From assembly GCF_009914755.1 (NCBI RefSeq), contig NC_060929.1: a stretch of DNA of 64,000 nucleotides. One strand, given 5' to 3'. The translations under genes and the position numbers were made by a program. Shown piece after piece: positions 53,060-64,000 of this stretch (position 1 is the stretch's first letter; each line of letters begins with the position of its first letter). This stretch comes from the human T2T-CHM13v2.0 reference genome, Homo sapiens. The notes under the pieces are model-generated. The model saw only the letters and a program-made list of their open reading frames with translations. It did not search any database and had not been told where the DNA came from.

Positions 53060-56000
53060 ACTAGACAGAATGATTCTCAGAAACTTCTTTGTGATGTGTG
53101 CGTTCAACTCACAGAGTTTAACCTTTCTTTTCATAGAGCAGTTAGGAAACACTCTGTTTGTAAACTCTGCAAGTGGATATTCAGACCTCTTTGAGGCCTT
53201 CGTTGGAAACGGGATTTCTTCATACTGTGCTAGACAGAAGAATTCTCAGTAACTTCCTTGTGTTGTGTGTATTCAACTCACAGAGTTGAACGATCCTTTA
53301 CACAGAGCAGACTTGGAACACTCTTTTTGTGGAATTTGCAAGTGGAGATTTCAGCCGCGTTGAGGTCAATGGTAGAAAAGGAAATATCTTCGTATAAAAA
53401 CTAGACAGAATGATTCTCAGAAACTCCTTTGAGATGTGTGTGTTCAACTCACAGAGTTTAACCTTTCTTTTCATAGAGCAGTTAGGAATCACTCTGTTTG
53501 TAAAGTCTGCAAGTGGATATTCAGACCTCTTTGAGGCCTTCGTTGGAAACGGGTTTTTTTCATATAAGGCTAGACAGAAGAATTCCCAGTAACTTCCTTG
53601 TGTTGTGTGTGTTCAACTCACAGAGTTGAACTTTCATTTACACAGAGCAGATTTGAAACACTCTTTTTGTGGAATTTGCAAATGGAGATTTCAAGCGCTT
53701 TGAGGCCAAAGGCAGAAAAGGAAATATCTTCGTATAAAAACTAGACAGAATCATTCTCAGAAACTGCTCTGCGATGTGTGCGTTCAACTCTCAGAGTTTA
53801 ACTTTGCTTTTCATTCAGCAGTTTGGAAACACTCTGTTTGTAAAGTCTGCACGTGGATAATTTGACCACTTAGAGGCCTTCGTTGGAAACGGGTTTTTTT
53901 CATGTAAGGCTAGACAGAAGAATTCTCAGTAACTTCCTTGTGTTGTGTGTATTCAACTCACAGAGTTGAACGATCCTTTACACAGAGCAGACTTGTAACA
54001 CTCTTTTTGTGGAATTTGCAAGTGGAGATTTCAGCCGCTTTGAAGTCAAATGTAGAAAAGGAAATATCTTCCTATAAAAACTAGACAGAATGATTCTCAG
54101 AAACTCCTTTGTGATGTGTGCGTTCAACTCACAGAGTTTAACCTTTCTTTTCATAGAGCAGTTAGGAAACACTGTGTTTTTAAACTCTGCAAGTGGATAT
54201 TCAGACCTCTTTGAGGCCTTCGTTGGAAACGGGTTTCTTCATACTGTGCTAGACAGAAGAATTCTCAGTAACTTCCTTGTGTTGTGTGTATTCAACTCAC
54301 AGAGTTGAACGATCCTTTACACAGAGCAGACTTGAAACACTCTTTTTGTGGAATTTGCAAGTGGAGATTTCAGCCGCGTTGAGGTCAATGGTAGAAAAGG
54401 AAATATCTTCGTATAAAAACTAGACAGAATGATTCTCAGAAACTCCTTTGTGATGTGTGTGTTCAACTCACAGAGTTTAACATTTCTTTTCATAGAGCAG
54501 TTAGGAAACACTCTGTTTGTAAAGTCTGCAAGTGGATATTCAGACCTCTTTGAGGCCTTCGTTGGAAACGGGTTTTTTTCATATAAGGCTAGACAGAAGA
54601 ATTCCCAGTAACTTCCTTGTGTTGTGTGTGTTCAACTCACAGAGTTGAACTTTCATTTACACAGAGCAGATTTGAAACACTCTTTTTGTGGAATTTGCAG
54701 GTGGAGATTTCAAGCGCTTTGAGGCCAAAGGCAGAAAAGGAAATATCTTCGTATAAAAACTAGACAGAATCATTCTCAGAAACTGCTCTGCGATGTGTGC
54801 GTTCAACTCTCAGAGTTTAACTTTTCTTATCATTCAGCAGTTTGGAAACACTCTGTTTGTAAAGTCTGCACGTGGATAATTTGACCACTTAGAGGCCTTC
54901 GTTGGAAACGGGTTTTTTTCCTGTAAGGCTAGACAGAAGAATTCCCAGTAACTTCCTTGTGTTGTGTACATTCAACTCACAGAGTTGAACGTTCCCTTAG
55001 ACAGAGCAGATTTGAAACACTCTTTTTGTGCAATTGGCAAGTGGAGATTTCAAGCGCTTTAAGGTCAATGGCAGAAAAGGAAATATCTTCGTTTCAAAAC
55101 TAGACAGAATCATTCCCAAAAACTGCGTTGTGATGTGTTCGTTCATCTCACAGAGTTTAACCTTTCTTTTCATAGAGCAGTTAGGAAACACTCTGTTTGT
55201 AAATTCTGTAAGTGGATATTCTGACATCTTGTGGCCTTCGTTGGAAACGGGATTTCTTCATATTCTGCTAGACAGAAGAATTCTCAGAATCTTCCTTGTG
55301 TTGTGTGTATTCAACTCACACAGTTGAACGATGGTTTACACAGAGCAGATTTGAAACACTCTTTTTGTGGAATTTGCAAGTGGAGATTTCAGCCGCTTTG
55401 AGGTCAATGGTAGAAAAGGAAATATCTTCGTATAACAACTAGACAGAATGATTCTCAGAAACTTCTTTGTGATGTGTGCGTTCAACTCACAGAGTTTAAC
55501 CTTTCTTTTCATAGAGCAGTTAGGAAACACTCTGTTTGTAAACTCTGCAAGTGGATATTCAGACCTCTTTGAGGCCTTCGTTGGAAACGGGATTTCTTCA
55601 TACTGTGCTAGACAGAAGAATTCTCAGTAACTTCCTTGTGTTGTGTGTATTCAACTCACAGAGTTGAACGATCCTTTACACAGAGCAGACTTGGAACACT
55701 CTTTTTGTGGAATTTGCAAGTGGAGATTTCAGCCGCGTTGAGGTCAATGGTAGAAAAGGAAATATCTTCGTATAAAAACTAGACAGAATGATTCTCAGAA
55801 ACTCCTTTGAGATGTGTGTGTTCAACTCACAGAGTTTAACCTTTCTTTTCATAGAGCAGTTAGGAATCACTCTATTTGTAAAGTCTGCAAGTGGATATTC
55901 AGACCTCTTTGAGGCCTTCGTTGGAAACGGGTTTTTTTCATATAAGGCTAGACAGAAGAATTCCCAGTAACTTCCTTGTGTTGTGTGTGTTCAACTCACA

Positions 56001-59000
56001 GAGTTGAACTTTCATTTACACAGAGCAGATTTGAAACACTCTTTTTGTGGAATTTGCAAATGGAGATTTCAAGCGCTTTGAGGCCAAAGGCAGAAAAGGA
56101 AATATCTTCGTATAAAAACTAGACAGAATCATTCTCAGAAACTGCTCTGCGATGTGTGCGTTCAACTCTCAGAGTTTAACTTTGCTTTTCATTCAGCAGT
56201 TTGGAAACACTCTGTTTGTAAAGTCTGCACGTGGATAATTTGACCACTTAGAGGCCTTCGTTGGAAACGGGTTTTTTTCATGTAAGGCTAGACAGAAGAA
56301 TTCTCAGTAACTTCCTTGTGTTGTGTGTATTCAACTCACAGAGTTGAACGATCCTTTACACAGAGCAGACTTGTAACACTCTTTTTGTGGAATTTGCAAG
56401 TGGAGATTTCAGCCGCTTTGAAGTCAAATGTAGAAAAGGAAATATCTTCCTATAAAAACTAGACAGAATGATTCTCAGAAACTCCTTTGTGATGTGTGCG
56501 TTCAACTCACAGAGTTTAACCTTTCTTTTCATAGAGCAGTTAGGAAACACTCTGTTTGTAAAGTCTGCAAGTGGATATTCAGCCCTCTTTGAGGCCTTCG
56601 TTGGAAACGGGTTTTTTTCATATAAGGCTAGACAGAAGAATTCCCAGTAACTTCCTTGTGTTGTGTGTGTTCAACTCACAGAGTTGAACTTTCATTTACA
56701 CAGAGCAGATTTGAAACACTCTTTTTGTGGAATTTGCAAGTGGAGATTTCAAGCGCTTTGAGGCCAAAGGCAGAAAAGGAAATATCTTCGTATAAAAACT
56801 AGACAGAATCATTCTCAGAAACTGCTCTGCGATGTGTGCGTTCAACTCTCAGAGTTTAACTTTTCTTTTCATTCAGCAGTTTGGAAACACTCTGTTTGTA
56901 AAGTCTGCACGTGGATATTTTGACCACTTAGAGGCCTTCGTTGGAAACGGGTTTTTTTCCTGTAAGGCTAGACAGAAGAATTCCCAGTAACTTCCTTGTG
57001 TTGTATACATTCAACTCACAGAGTTGAACGTTCCCTTAGACAGAGCAGATTTGAAACACTCTTTTTGTGCAATTGGCAAGTGGATATTTCAAGCGCTTTG
57101 AGGTCAATGGCAGAAAAGGAAATATCTTCGTTTCAAAACTAGACAGAATCATTCCCACAAACTGCGTTGTGATGTGTTCGTTCAACTCACAGAGTTTAAC
57201 CTTTCTTTTCATAGAGCAGTTAGGAAACAGTCTGTTTGAAAATTCTGTAAGTGGATATTCTGACATCTTGTGGCCTTCGTTGGAAACGGGATTTCTTCAT
57301 ATTCTGCTAGACAGAAGAATTCTCAGAATCTTCCTTGTGTTGTGTGTATTCAACTCACACAGTTGAACGATAGTTTACACAGAGCAGATTTGAAACACTC
57401 TTTTTGTGGAATTTGCAAGTGGAGATTTCAGCCACTTTGAGGTCAATGGTAGAAAAGGAAATATCTTCGTATAAAAACTAGACAGAATGATTCTCAGAAA
57501 CTTCTTTGTGATGTGTGCGTTCAACTCACAGAGTTTAACCTTTCTTTTCATAGAGCAGTTAGGAAACACTCTGTTTGTAAACTCTGCAAGTGGATATTCA
57601 GACCTCTTTGAGGCCTTCGTTGGAAACGGGATTTCTTCATACTGTGCTAGACAGAAGAATTCTCAGTAACTTCCTTGTGTTGTGTGTATTCAACTCACAG
57701 AGTTGAACGATCCTTTACACAGAGCAGACTTGGAACACTCTTTTTGTGGAATTTGCAAGTGGAGATTTCAGCCGCGTTGAGGTCAATGGTAGAAAAGGAA
57801 ATATCTTCGTATAAAAACTAGACAGAATGATTCTCAGAAACTCCTTTGAGATGTGTGTGTTCAACTCACAGAGTTTAACCTTTCTTTTCATAGAGCAGTT
57901 AGGAATCACTCTGTTTGTAAAGTCTGCAAGTGGATATTCAGACCTCTTTGAGGCCTTCGTTGGAAACGGGTTTTTTTCATATAAGGCTAGACAGAAGAAT
58001 TCCCAGTAACTTCCTTGTGTTGTGTGTGTTCAACTCACAGAGTTGAACTTTCATTTACACAGAGCAGATTTGAAACACTCTTTTTGTGGAATTTGCAAAT
58101 GGAGATTTCAAGCGCTTTGAGGCCAAAGGCAGAAAAGGAAATATCTTCGTATAAAAACTAGACAGAATCATTCTCAGAAACTGCTCTGCGATGTGTGCGT
58201 TCAACTCTCAGAGTTTAACTTTGCTTTTCATTCAGCAGTTTGGAAACACTCTGTTTGTAAAGTCTGCACGTGGATAATTTGACCACTTAGAGGCCTTCGT
58301 TGGAAACGGGTTTTTTTCATGTAAGGCTAGACAGAAGAATTCTCAGTAACTTCCTTGTGTTGTGTGTATTCAACTCACAGAGTTGAACGATCCTTTACAC
58401 AGAGCAGACTTGTAACACTCTTTTTGTGGAATTTGCAAGTGGAGATTTCAGCCGCTTTGAAGTCAAATGTAGAAAAGGAAATATCTTCCTATAAAAACTA
58501 GACAGAATGATTCTCAGAAACTCCTTTGTGATGTGTGCGTTCAACTCACAGAGTTTAACCTTTCTTTTCATAGAGCAGTTAGGAAACACTGTGTTTTTAA
58601 ACTCTGCAAGTGGATATTCAGACCTCTTTGAGGCCTTCGTTGGAAACGGGTTTCTTCATACTGTGCTAGACAGAAGAATTCTCAGTAACTTCCTTGTGTT
58701 GTGTGTATTCAACTCACAGAGTTGAACGATCCTTTACACAGAGCAGACTTGAAACACTCTTTTTGTGGAATTTGCAAGTGGAGATTTCAGCCGCGTTGAG
58801 GTCAATGGTAGAAAAGGAAATATCTTCGTATAAAAACTAGACAGAATGATTCTCAGAAACTCCTTTGTGATGTGTGTGTTCAACTCACAGAGTTTAACAT
58901 TTCTTTTCATAGAGCAGTTAGGAAACACTCTGTTTGTAAAGTCTGCAAGTGGATATTCAGACCTCTTTGAGGCCTTCGTTGGAAACGGGTTTTTTTCATA

Positions 59001-62000
59001 TAAGGCTAGACAGAAGAATTCCCAGTAACTTCCTTGTGTTGTGTGTGTTCAACTCACAGAGTTGAACTTTCATTTACACAGAGCAGATTTGAAACACTCT
59101 TTTTGTGGAATTTGCAGGTGGAGATTTCAAGCGCTTTGAGGCCAAAGGCAGAAAAGGAAATATCTTCGTATAAAAACTAGACAGAATCATTCTCAGAAAC
59201 TGCTCTGCGATGTGTGCGTTCAACTCTCAGAGTTTAACTTTTCTTATCATTCAGCAGTTTGGAAACACTCTGTTTGTAAAGTCTGCACGTGGATAATTTG
59301 ACCACTTAGAGGCCTTCGTTGGAAACGGGTTTTTTTCCTGTAAGGCTAGACAGAAGAATTCCCAGTAACTTCCTTGTGTTGTGTACATTCAACTCACAGA
59401 GTTGAACGTTCCCTTAGACAGAGCAGATTTGAAACACTCTTTTTGTGCAATTGGCAAGTGGAGATTTCAAGCGCTTTAAGGTCAATGGCAGAAAAGGAAA
59501 TATCTTCGTTTCAAAACTAGACAGAATCATTCCCAAAAACTGCGTTGTGATGTGTTCGTTCATCTCACAGAGTTTAACCTTTCTTTTCATAGAGCAGTTA
59601 GGAAACACTCTGTTTGTAAATTCTGTAAGTGGATATTCTGACATCTTGTGGCCTTCGTTGGAAACGGGATTTCTTCATATTCTGCTAGACAGAAGAATTC
59701 TCAGAATCTTCCTTGTGTTGTGTGTATTCAACTCACACAGTTGAACGATGGTTTACACAGAACAGATTTGAAACACTCTTTTTGTGGAATTTGCAAGTGG
59801 AGATTTCAGCCGCTTTGAGGTCAATGGTAGAAAAGGAAATATCTTCGTATAACAACTAGACAGAATGATTCTCAGAAACTTCTTTGTGATGTGTGCGTTC
59901 AACTCACAGAGTTTAACCTTTCTTTTCATAGAGCAGTTAGGAAACACTCTGTTTGTAAACTCTGCAAGTGGATATTCAGACCTCTTTGAGGCCTTCGTTG
60001 GAAACGGGATTTCTTCATACTGTGCTAGACAGAAGAATTCTCAGTAACTTCCTTGTGTTGTGTGTATTCAACTCACAGAGTTGAACGATCCTTTACACAG
60101 AGCAGACTTGGAACACTCTTTTTGTGGAATTTGCAAGTGGAGATTTCAGCCGCGTTGAGGTCAATGGTAGAAAAGGAAATATCTTCGTATAAAAACTAGA
60201 CAGAATGATTCTCAGAAACTCCTTTGAGATGTGTGTGTTCAACTCACAGAGTTTAACCTTTCTTTTCATAGAGCAGTTAGGAATCACTCTGTTTGTAAAG
60301 TCTGCAAGTGGATATTCAGACCTCTTTGAGGCCTTCGTTGGAAACGGGTTTTTTTCATATAAGGCTAGACAGAAGAATTCCCAGTAACTTCCTTGTGTTG
60401 TGTGTGTTCAACTCACAGAGTTGAACTTTCATTTACACAGAGCAGATTTGAAACACTCTTTTTGTGGAATTTGCAAATGGAGATTTCAAGCGCTTTGAGG
60501 CCAAAGGCAGAAAAGGAAATATCTTCGTATAAAAACTAGACAGAATCATTCTCAGAAACTGCTCTGCGATGTGTGCGTTCAACTCTCAGAGTTTAACTTT
60601 GCTTTTCATTCAGCAGTTTGGAAACACTCTGTTTGTAAAGTCTGCACGTGGATAATTTGACCACTTAGAGGCCTTCGTTGGAAACGGGTTTTTTTCATGT
60701 AAGGCTAGACAGAAGAATTCTCAGTAACTTCCTTGTGTTGTGTGTATTCAACTCACAGAGTTGAACGATCCTTTACACAGAGCAGACTTGTAACACTCTT
60801 TTTGTGGAATTTGCAAGTGGAGATTTCAGCCGCTTTGAAGTCAAATGTAGAAAAGGAAATATCTTCCTATAAAAACTAGACAGAATGATTCTCAGAAACT
60901 CCTTTGTGATGTGTGCGTTCAACTCACAGAGTTTAACCTTTCTTTTCATAGAGCAGTTAGGAAACACTCTGTTTGTAAAGTCTGCAAGTGGATATTCAGA
61001 CCTCTTTGAGGCCTTCGTTGGAAACGGGTTTTTTTCATATAAGGCTAGACAGAAGAATTCCCAGTAACTTCCTTGTGTTGTGTGTGTTCAACTCACAGAG
61101 TTGAACTTTCATTTACACAGAGCAGATTTGAAACACTCTTTTTGTGGAATTTGCAAGTGGAGATTTCAAGCGCTTTGAGGCCAAAGGCAGAAAAGGAAAT
61201 ATCTTCGTATAAAAACTAGACAGAATCATTCTCAGAAACTGCTCTGCGATGTGTGCGTTCAACTCTCAGAGTTTAACTTTTCTTTTCATTCAGCAGTTTG
61301 GAAACACTCTGTTTGTAAAGTCTGCACGTGGATATTTTGACCACTTAGAGGCCTTCGTTGGAAACGGGTTTTTTTCCTGTAAGGCTAGACAGAAGAATTC
61401 CCAGTAACTTCCTTGTGTTGTATACATTCAACTCACAGAGTTGAACGTTCCCTTAGACAGAGCAGATTTGAAACACTCTTTTTGTGCAATTGGCAAGTGG
61501 AGATTTCAAGCGCTTTGAGGTCAATGGCAGAAAAGGAAATATCTTCGTTTCAAAACTAGACAGAATCATTCCCACAAACTGCGTTGTGATGTGTTCGTTC
61601 AACTCACAGAGTTTAACCTTTCTTTTCATAGAGCAGTTAGGAAACAGTCTGTTTGAAAATTCTGTAAGTGGATATTCTGACATCTTGTGGCCTTCGTTGG
61701 AAACGGGATTTCTTCATATTCTGCTAGACAGAAGAATTCTCAGAATCTTCCTTTTGTTGTGTGTATTCAACTCACACAGTTGAACGATAGTTTACACAGA
61801 GCAGATTTGAAACACTCTTTTTGTGGAATTTGCAAGTGGAGATTTCAGCCACTTTGAGGTCAATGGTAGAAAAGGAAATATCTTCGTATAAAAACTAGAC
61901 AGAATGATTCTCAGAAACTTCTTTGTGATGTGTGCGTTCAACTCACAGAGTTTAACCTTTCTTTTCATAGAGCAGTTAGGAAACACTCTGTTTGTAAACT

Positions 62001-62120
62001 CTGCAAGTGGATATTCAGACCTCTTTGAGGCCTTCGTTGGAAACGGGATTTCTTCATACTGTGCTAGACAGAAGAATTCTCAGTAACTTCCTTGTGTTGT
62101 GTGTATTCAACTCACAGAGT
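53060..62120 (+). repeat. Tandem duplication, period 4417 bp (26 monomers)
   Basis: Paired features at a 4417-bp offset: C/B hybrid monomer (54090/58507), ttcttAtcatt (~54829/59246), cccaAaaac (~55119/59536), gtAtacat (~57005/61422), gatAgttt (~57372/61789), gccActtt (~57434/61851). Confidence 0.92.
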
Positions 62121-64000
62121 TGACCGATCCTTTACACAGAGCAGACTTGTAACACTCTTTTTGTGGAATTTGCAAGTGGAGATTTCAGCCGCTTTGAAGT
62201 CAAAGGTAGAAAAGGAAATATCTTCGTATAAAAACTAGACAGAATGATTCTCAGAAACTCCTTTGTGATGTGTGCGTTCAACTCACAGAGTTTAACCTTT
62301 CTTTTCATAGAGCAGTTAGGAAACACTCTGTTTCTAAAGTCTGCAAGTGGATATTCAGACCTGTTTGAGGCCTTCGTTGGAAACGGGTTTTTTTCATATA
62401 AGGCTAGAGAGAAGAATTCCCAGTAACTTCCTTGTGTTGTGTGTGTTCAACTCACAGAGTTGAACTTTCATTTACACAGAGCAGATTTGAAACACTCTTT
62501 TTGTGGAATTTGCAAGTGGAGATTTCAAGCGCTGTGAGGCCAAAGGCAGAAAAGGAAATATCTTCGTATAAAAACTAGACAGAATCGTTCTCAGAAACTG
62601 CTCTGTGATGTGTGCGTTCAACTCTCAGAGTTTAACTTTTCTTTTCATTCAGCAGTTTGGAAACACTCTGTTTGTAAAGTCTGCACGTGGATAATTTGAC
62701 CACTTAGAGGCCTTCGTTGGAAACGGGTTTTTTTCATGTAAGGCTAGACAGAAGAATTCTCAGTAACTTCCTTGTGTTGTGTGTATTCAACTCACAGAGT
62801 TGAACGATCCTTTACACAGAGCAGACTTGTAACACTCTTTTTGTGGAATTTGCAAGTGGAGATTTCAGCCGCTTTGAAGTCAAAGGTAGAAAAGGAAATA
62901 TCTTCCTATAAAAACTAGACAGAATGATTCTCAGAAACTCCTTTGTGATGTGTGCGTTCAACTCACAGAGTTTAACCTTTCTTTTCATAGAGCAGTTAGG
63001 AAACACTCTGCTTGTAAAGTCTGCAAGTGGATATTCAGCCCTCTTTGAGGCCTTCGTTGGAAACGGGTTTTTTTCATATAAGGCTAGACAGAAGAATTCC
63101 CAGTAACTTCCTTGTGTTGTGTGTGTTCAACTCACAGAGTTGAACTTTCATTTACACAGAGCAGATTTGAAACACTCTTTTTGTGGAATTTGCAAGTGGA
63201 GATTTCAAGCGCTTTGAGGCCAAAGGCAGAAAAGGAAATATCTTCGTATAAAAACTAGACAGAATCATTCTCAGAAACTGCTCTGCGATGTGTGCGTTCA
63301 ACTCTCAGAGTTTAACTTTTCTTTTCATTCAGCAGTTTGGAAACACTCTGTTTGTAAAGTCTGCACGTGGATATTTTGACCACTTAGAGGCCTTCGTTGG
63401 AAACGGGTTTTTTTCCTGTAAGGCTAGACAGAAGAATTCCCAGTAACTTCCTTGTGTTGTGTACATTCAACTCACAGAGTTGAACGTTCCCTTAGACAGA
63501 GCAGATTTGAAACACTCTTTTTGTGCAATTGGCAAGTGGAGATTTCAAGCGCTTTGAGGTCAATGGCAGAAAAGGAAATATCTTCGTTTCAAAACTAGAC
63601 AGAATCATTCCCACAAACTGCGTTGTGATGTGTTCGTTCAACTCACAGAGTTTAACCTTTCTTTTCATAGAGCAGTTAGGAAACAGTCTGTTTGAAAATT
63701 CTGTAAGTGGATATTCTGACATCTTGTGGCCTTCGTTGGAAACGGGATTTCTTCATATTCTGCTAGACAGAAGAATTCTCAGAATCTTCCTTGTGTTGTG
63801 TGTATTCAACTCACAGAGTTGAACGATGGTTTACACAGAGCAGATTTGAAACACTCATTTGGTGGAATTTGCAAGTGGAGATTTCAGCCGCTTTGAGGTC
63901 AATGGTAGAAAAGGAAATATCTTCGTATAACAACTAGACAGAATGATTCTCAGAAACTTCTTTGTGATGTGTGTGTTCAACTCACAGAGTTTAACCTTTC

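Larger units (their letters stand above)
206..63747 (+). promoter_or_regulatory. CENP-B box series: about 188 17-bp boxes at ~340-bp spacing (first 206-222, last 63731-63747)
   Basis: CTTCGTTGGAAACGGG[T/A] matches the established core nTTCGnnnnAnnCGGGn in essentially every B-type monomer. Nine core-disrupted copies were seen by eye. Confidence 0.97.
1..64000 (+). repeat. Centromeric alpha-satellite higher-order-repeat array (ALR/Alpha), dimeric suprachromosomal family 1 (J1/J2), single orientation
   Basis: ~170-bp monomers with hallmark motifs (CATTCTCAGAAACT, TTCAACTCACAGAGTT, GAAACACTCTTTTTGT, AAAACTAGACAGAA) fill the window. The period is 339-340 bp, CENP-B boxes occur in alternate monomers, GAATTC occurs once per dimer, and ORF-track spacings are multiples of ~340 bp. 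Confidence 0.99.
1..64000 (+). repeat. Probable S1C1/5/19H1L (D1Z7/D5Z2/D19Z3) live HOR family; D16Z2 is a less likely alternative
   Basis: Monomers collapse into six basic classes (a, A, b/c/e, B/C, d, D), matching the 6-mer ancestry of the chr1/5/19 array. The 340-bp EcoRI dimer is present and copies are highly homogeneous. The assignment rests on recalled consensus similarity, not a database search. Confidence 0.7.

Noticed and set aside
78-63822. About 200 short ORFs (60-107 aa) on both strands, e.g. MILRNSFVMC..., MFPNCSMKRK..., MQLASGDFKR...
   Set aside because: They recur with the 340-bp satellite period, overlap on opposite strands, are opened and closed by random SNVs and indels, and show no recognisable domain. 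They are chance open frames in alpha satellite; I used them only as positional markers.
1-64000. CRISPR-like array (regularly spaced conserved, partly palindromic motifs)
   Set aside because: There are no unique spacers, the intervening DNA is itself repeated, the period is 170/340 bp, and no cas genes are present.
1-64000. Transposon insertion (L1/Alu), inversion or non-alpha island
   Set aside because: Dimer phase is continuous through the window with only 1-4 bp indels. Every CENP-B box is on the + strand, and no poly-A tail, target-site duplication or foreign sequence was seen.
1-64000. Calling the specific chromosome or the kinetochore (CENP-A/CDR) position
   Set aside because: The HOR family is shared among chromosomes, and kinetochore position is epigenetic. 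Both need alignment and methylation/ChIP data.

Overview
The whole 64-kb window is one uninterrupted, single-orientation array of primate (human-like) centromeric alpha-satellite DNA. It holds about 376 monomers of ~170 bp, arranged as strict A-type/B-type dimers of 339-340 bp. Each dimer carries one CENP-B box (CTTCGTTGGAAACGGG[A/T]) and usually one EcoRI site. This is the suprachromosomal family 1 (J1/J2) organisation. The six basic monomer classes most resemble the live D1Z7/D5Z2/D19Z3 (S1C1/5/19H1L) array, though the chromosome cannot be fixed by eye. I see no genes, transposon insertions, inversions, RNA genes or CRISPR arrays, and all listed ORFs are satellite artefacts. I found no new gene-based system; what is interesting is array architecture. 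(1) No 6-mer HOR copy is present; instead there are 8- to 28-mer variants, always with an even monomer count, built from a variably repeated 680-bp tetramer. (2) Two SNP-defined HOR lineages are interleaved and may derive from a ~6.1-kb 36-mer super-unit. (3) There are recent tandem duplications of 3736, 4757 and 4417 bp and a dispersed copy at ~17.66 kb offset. (4) Several in-register junctions fall at the CENP-B box or A box. (5) Two cases look like micro gene conversion (<=21 and <=38 bp) between different monomer types. (6) An older, mutation-rich island lies at about 14-18 kb. My labels: B-type monomers A (cccacaaactgcg), B (cttctttgtg...tactgtgc), C/C' (ctcctttgtg...tataaggc), D1/D2 (ctgctctgcg; ataattt...catgt / atatttt...cctgt); A-type monomers a (gttccctta), b (gatggttt), c (ccgcgttg), d (gccaaaggc), e (gaagtcaaagg). 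All counts were made by eye and from ORF-track coordinates.
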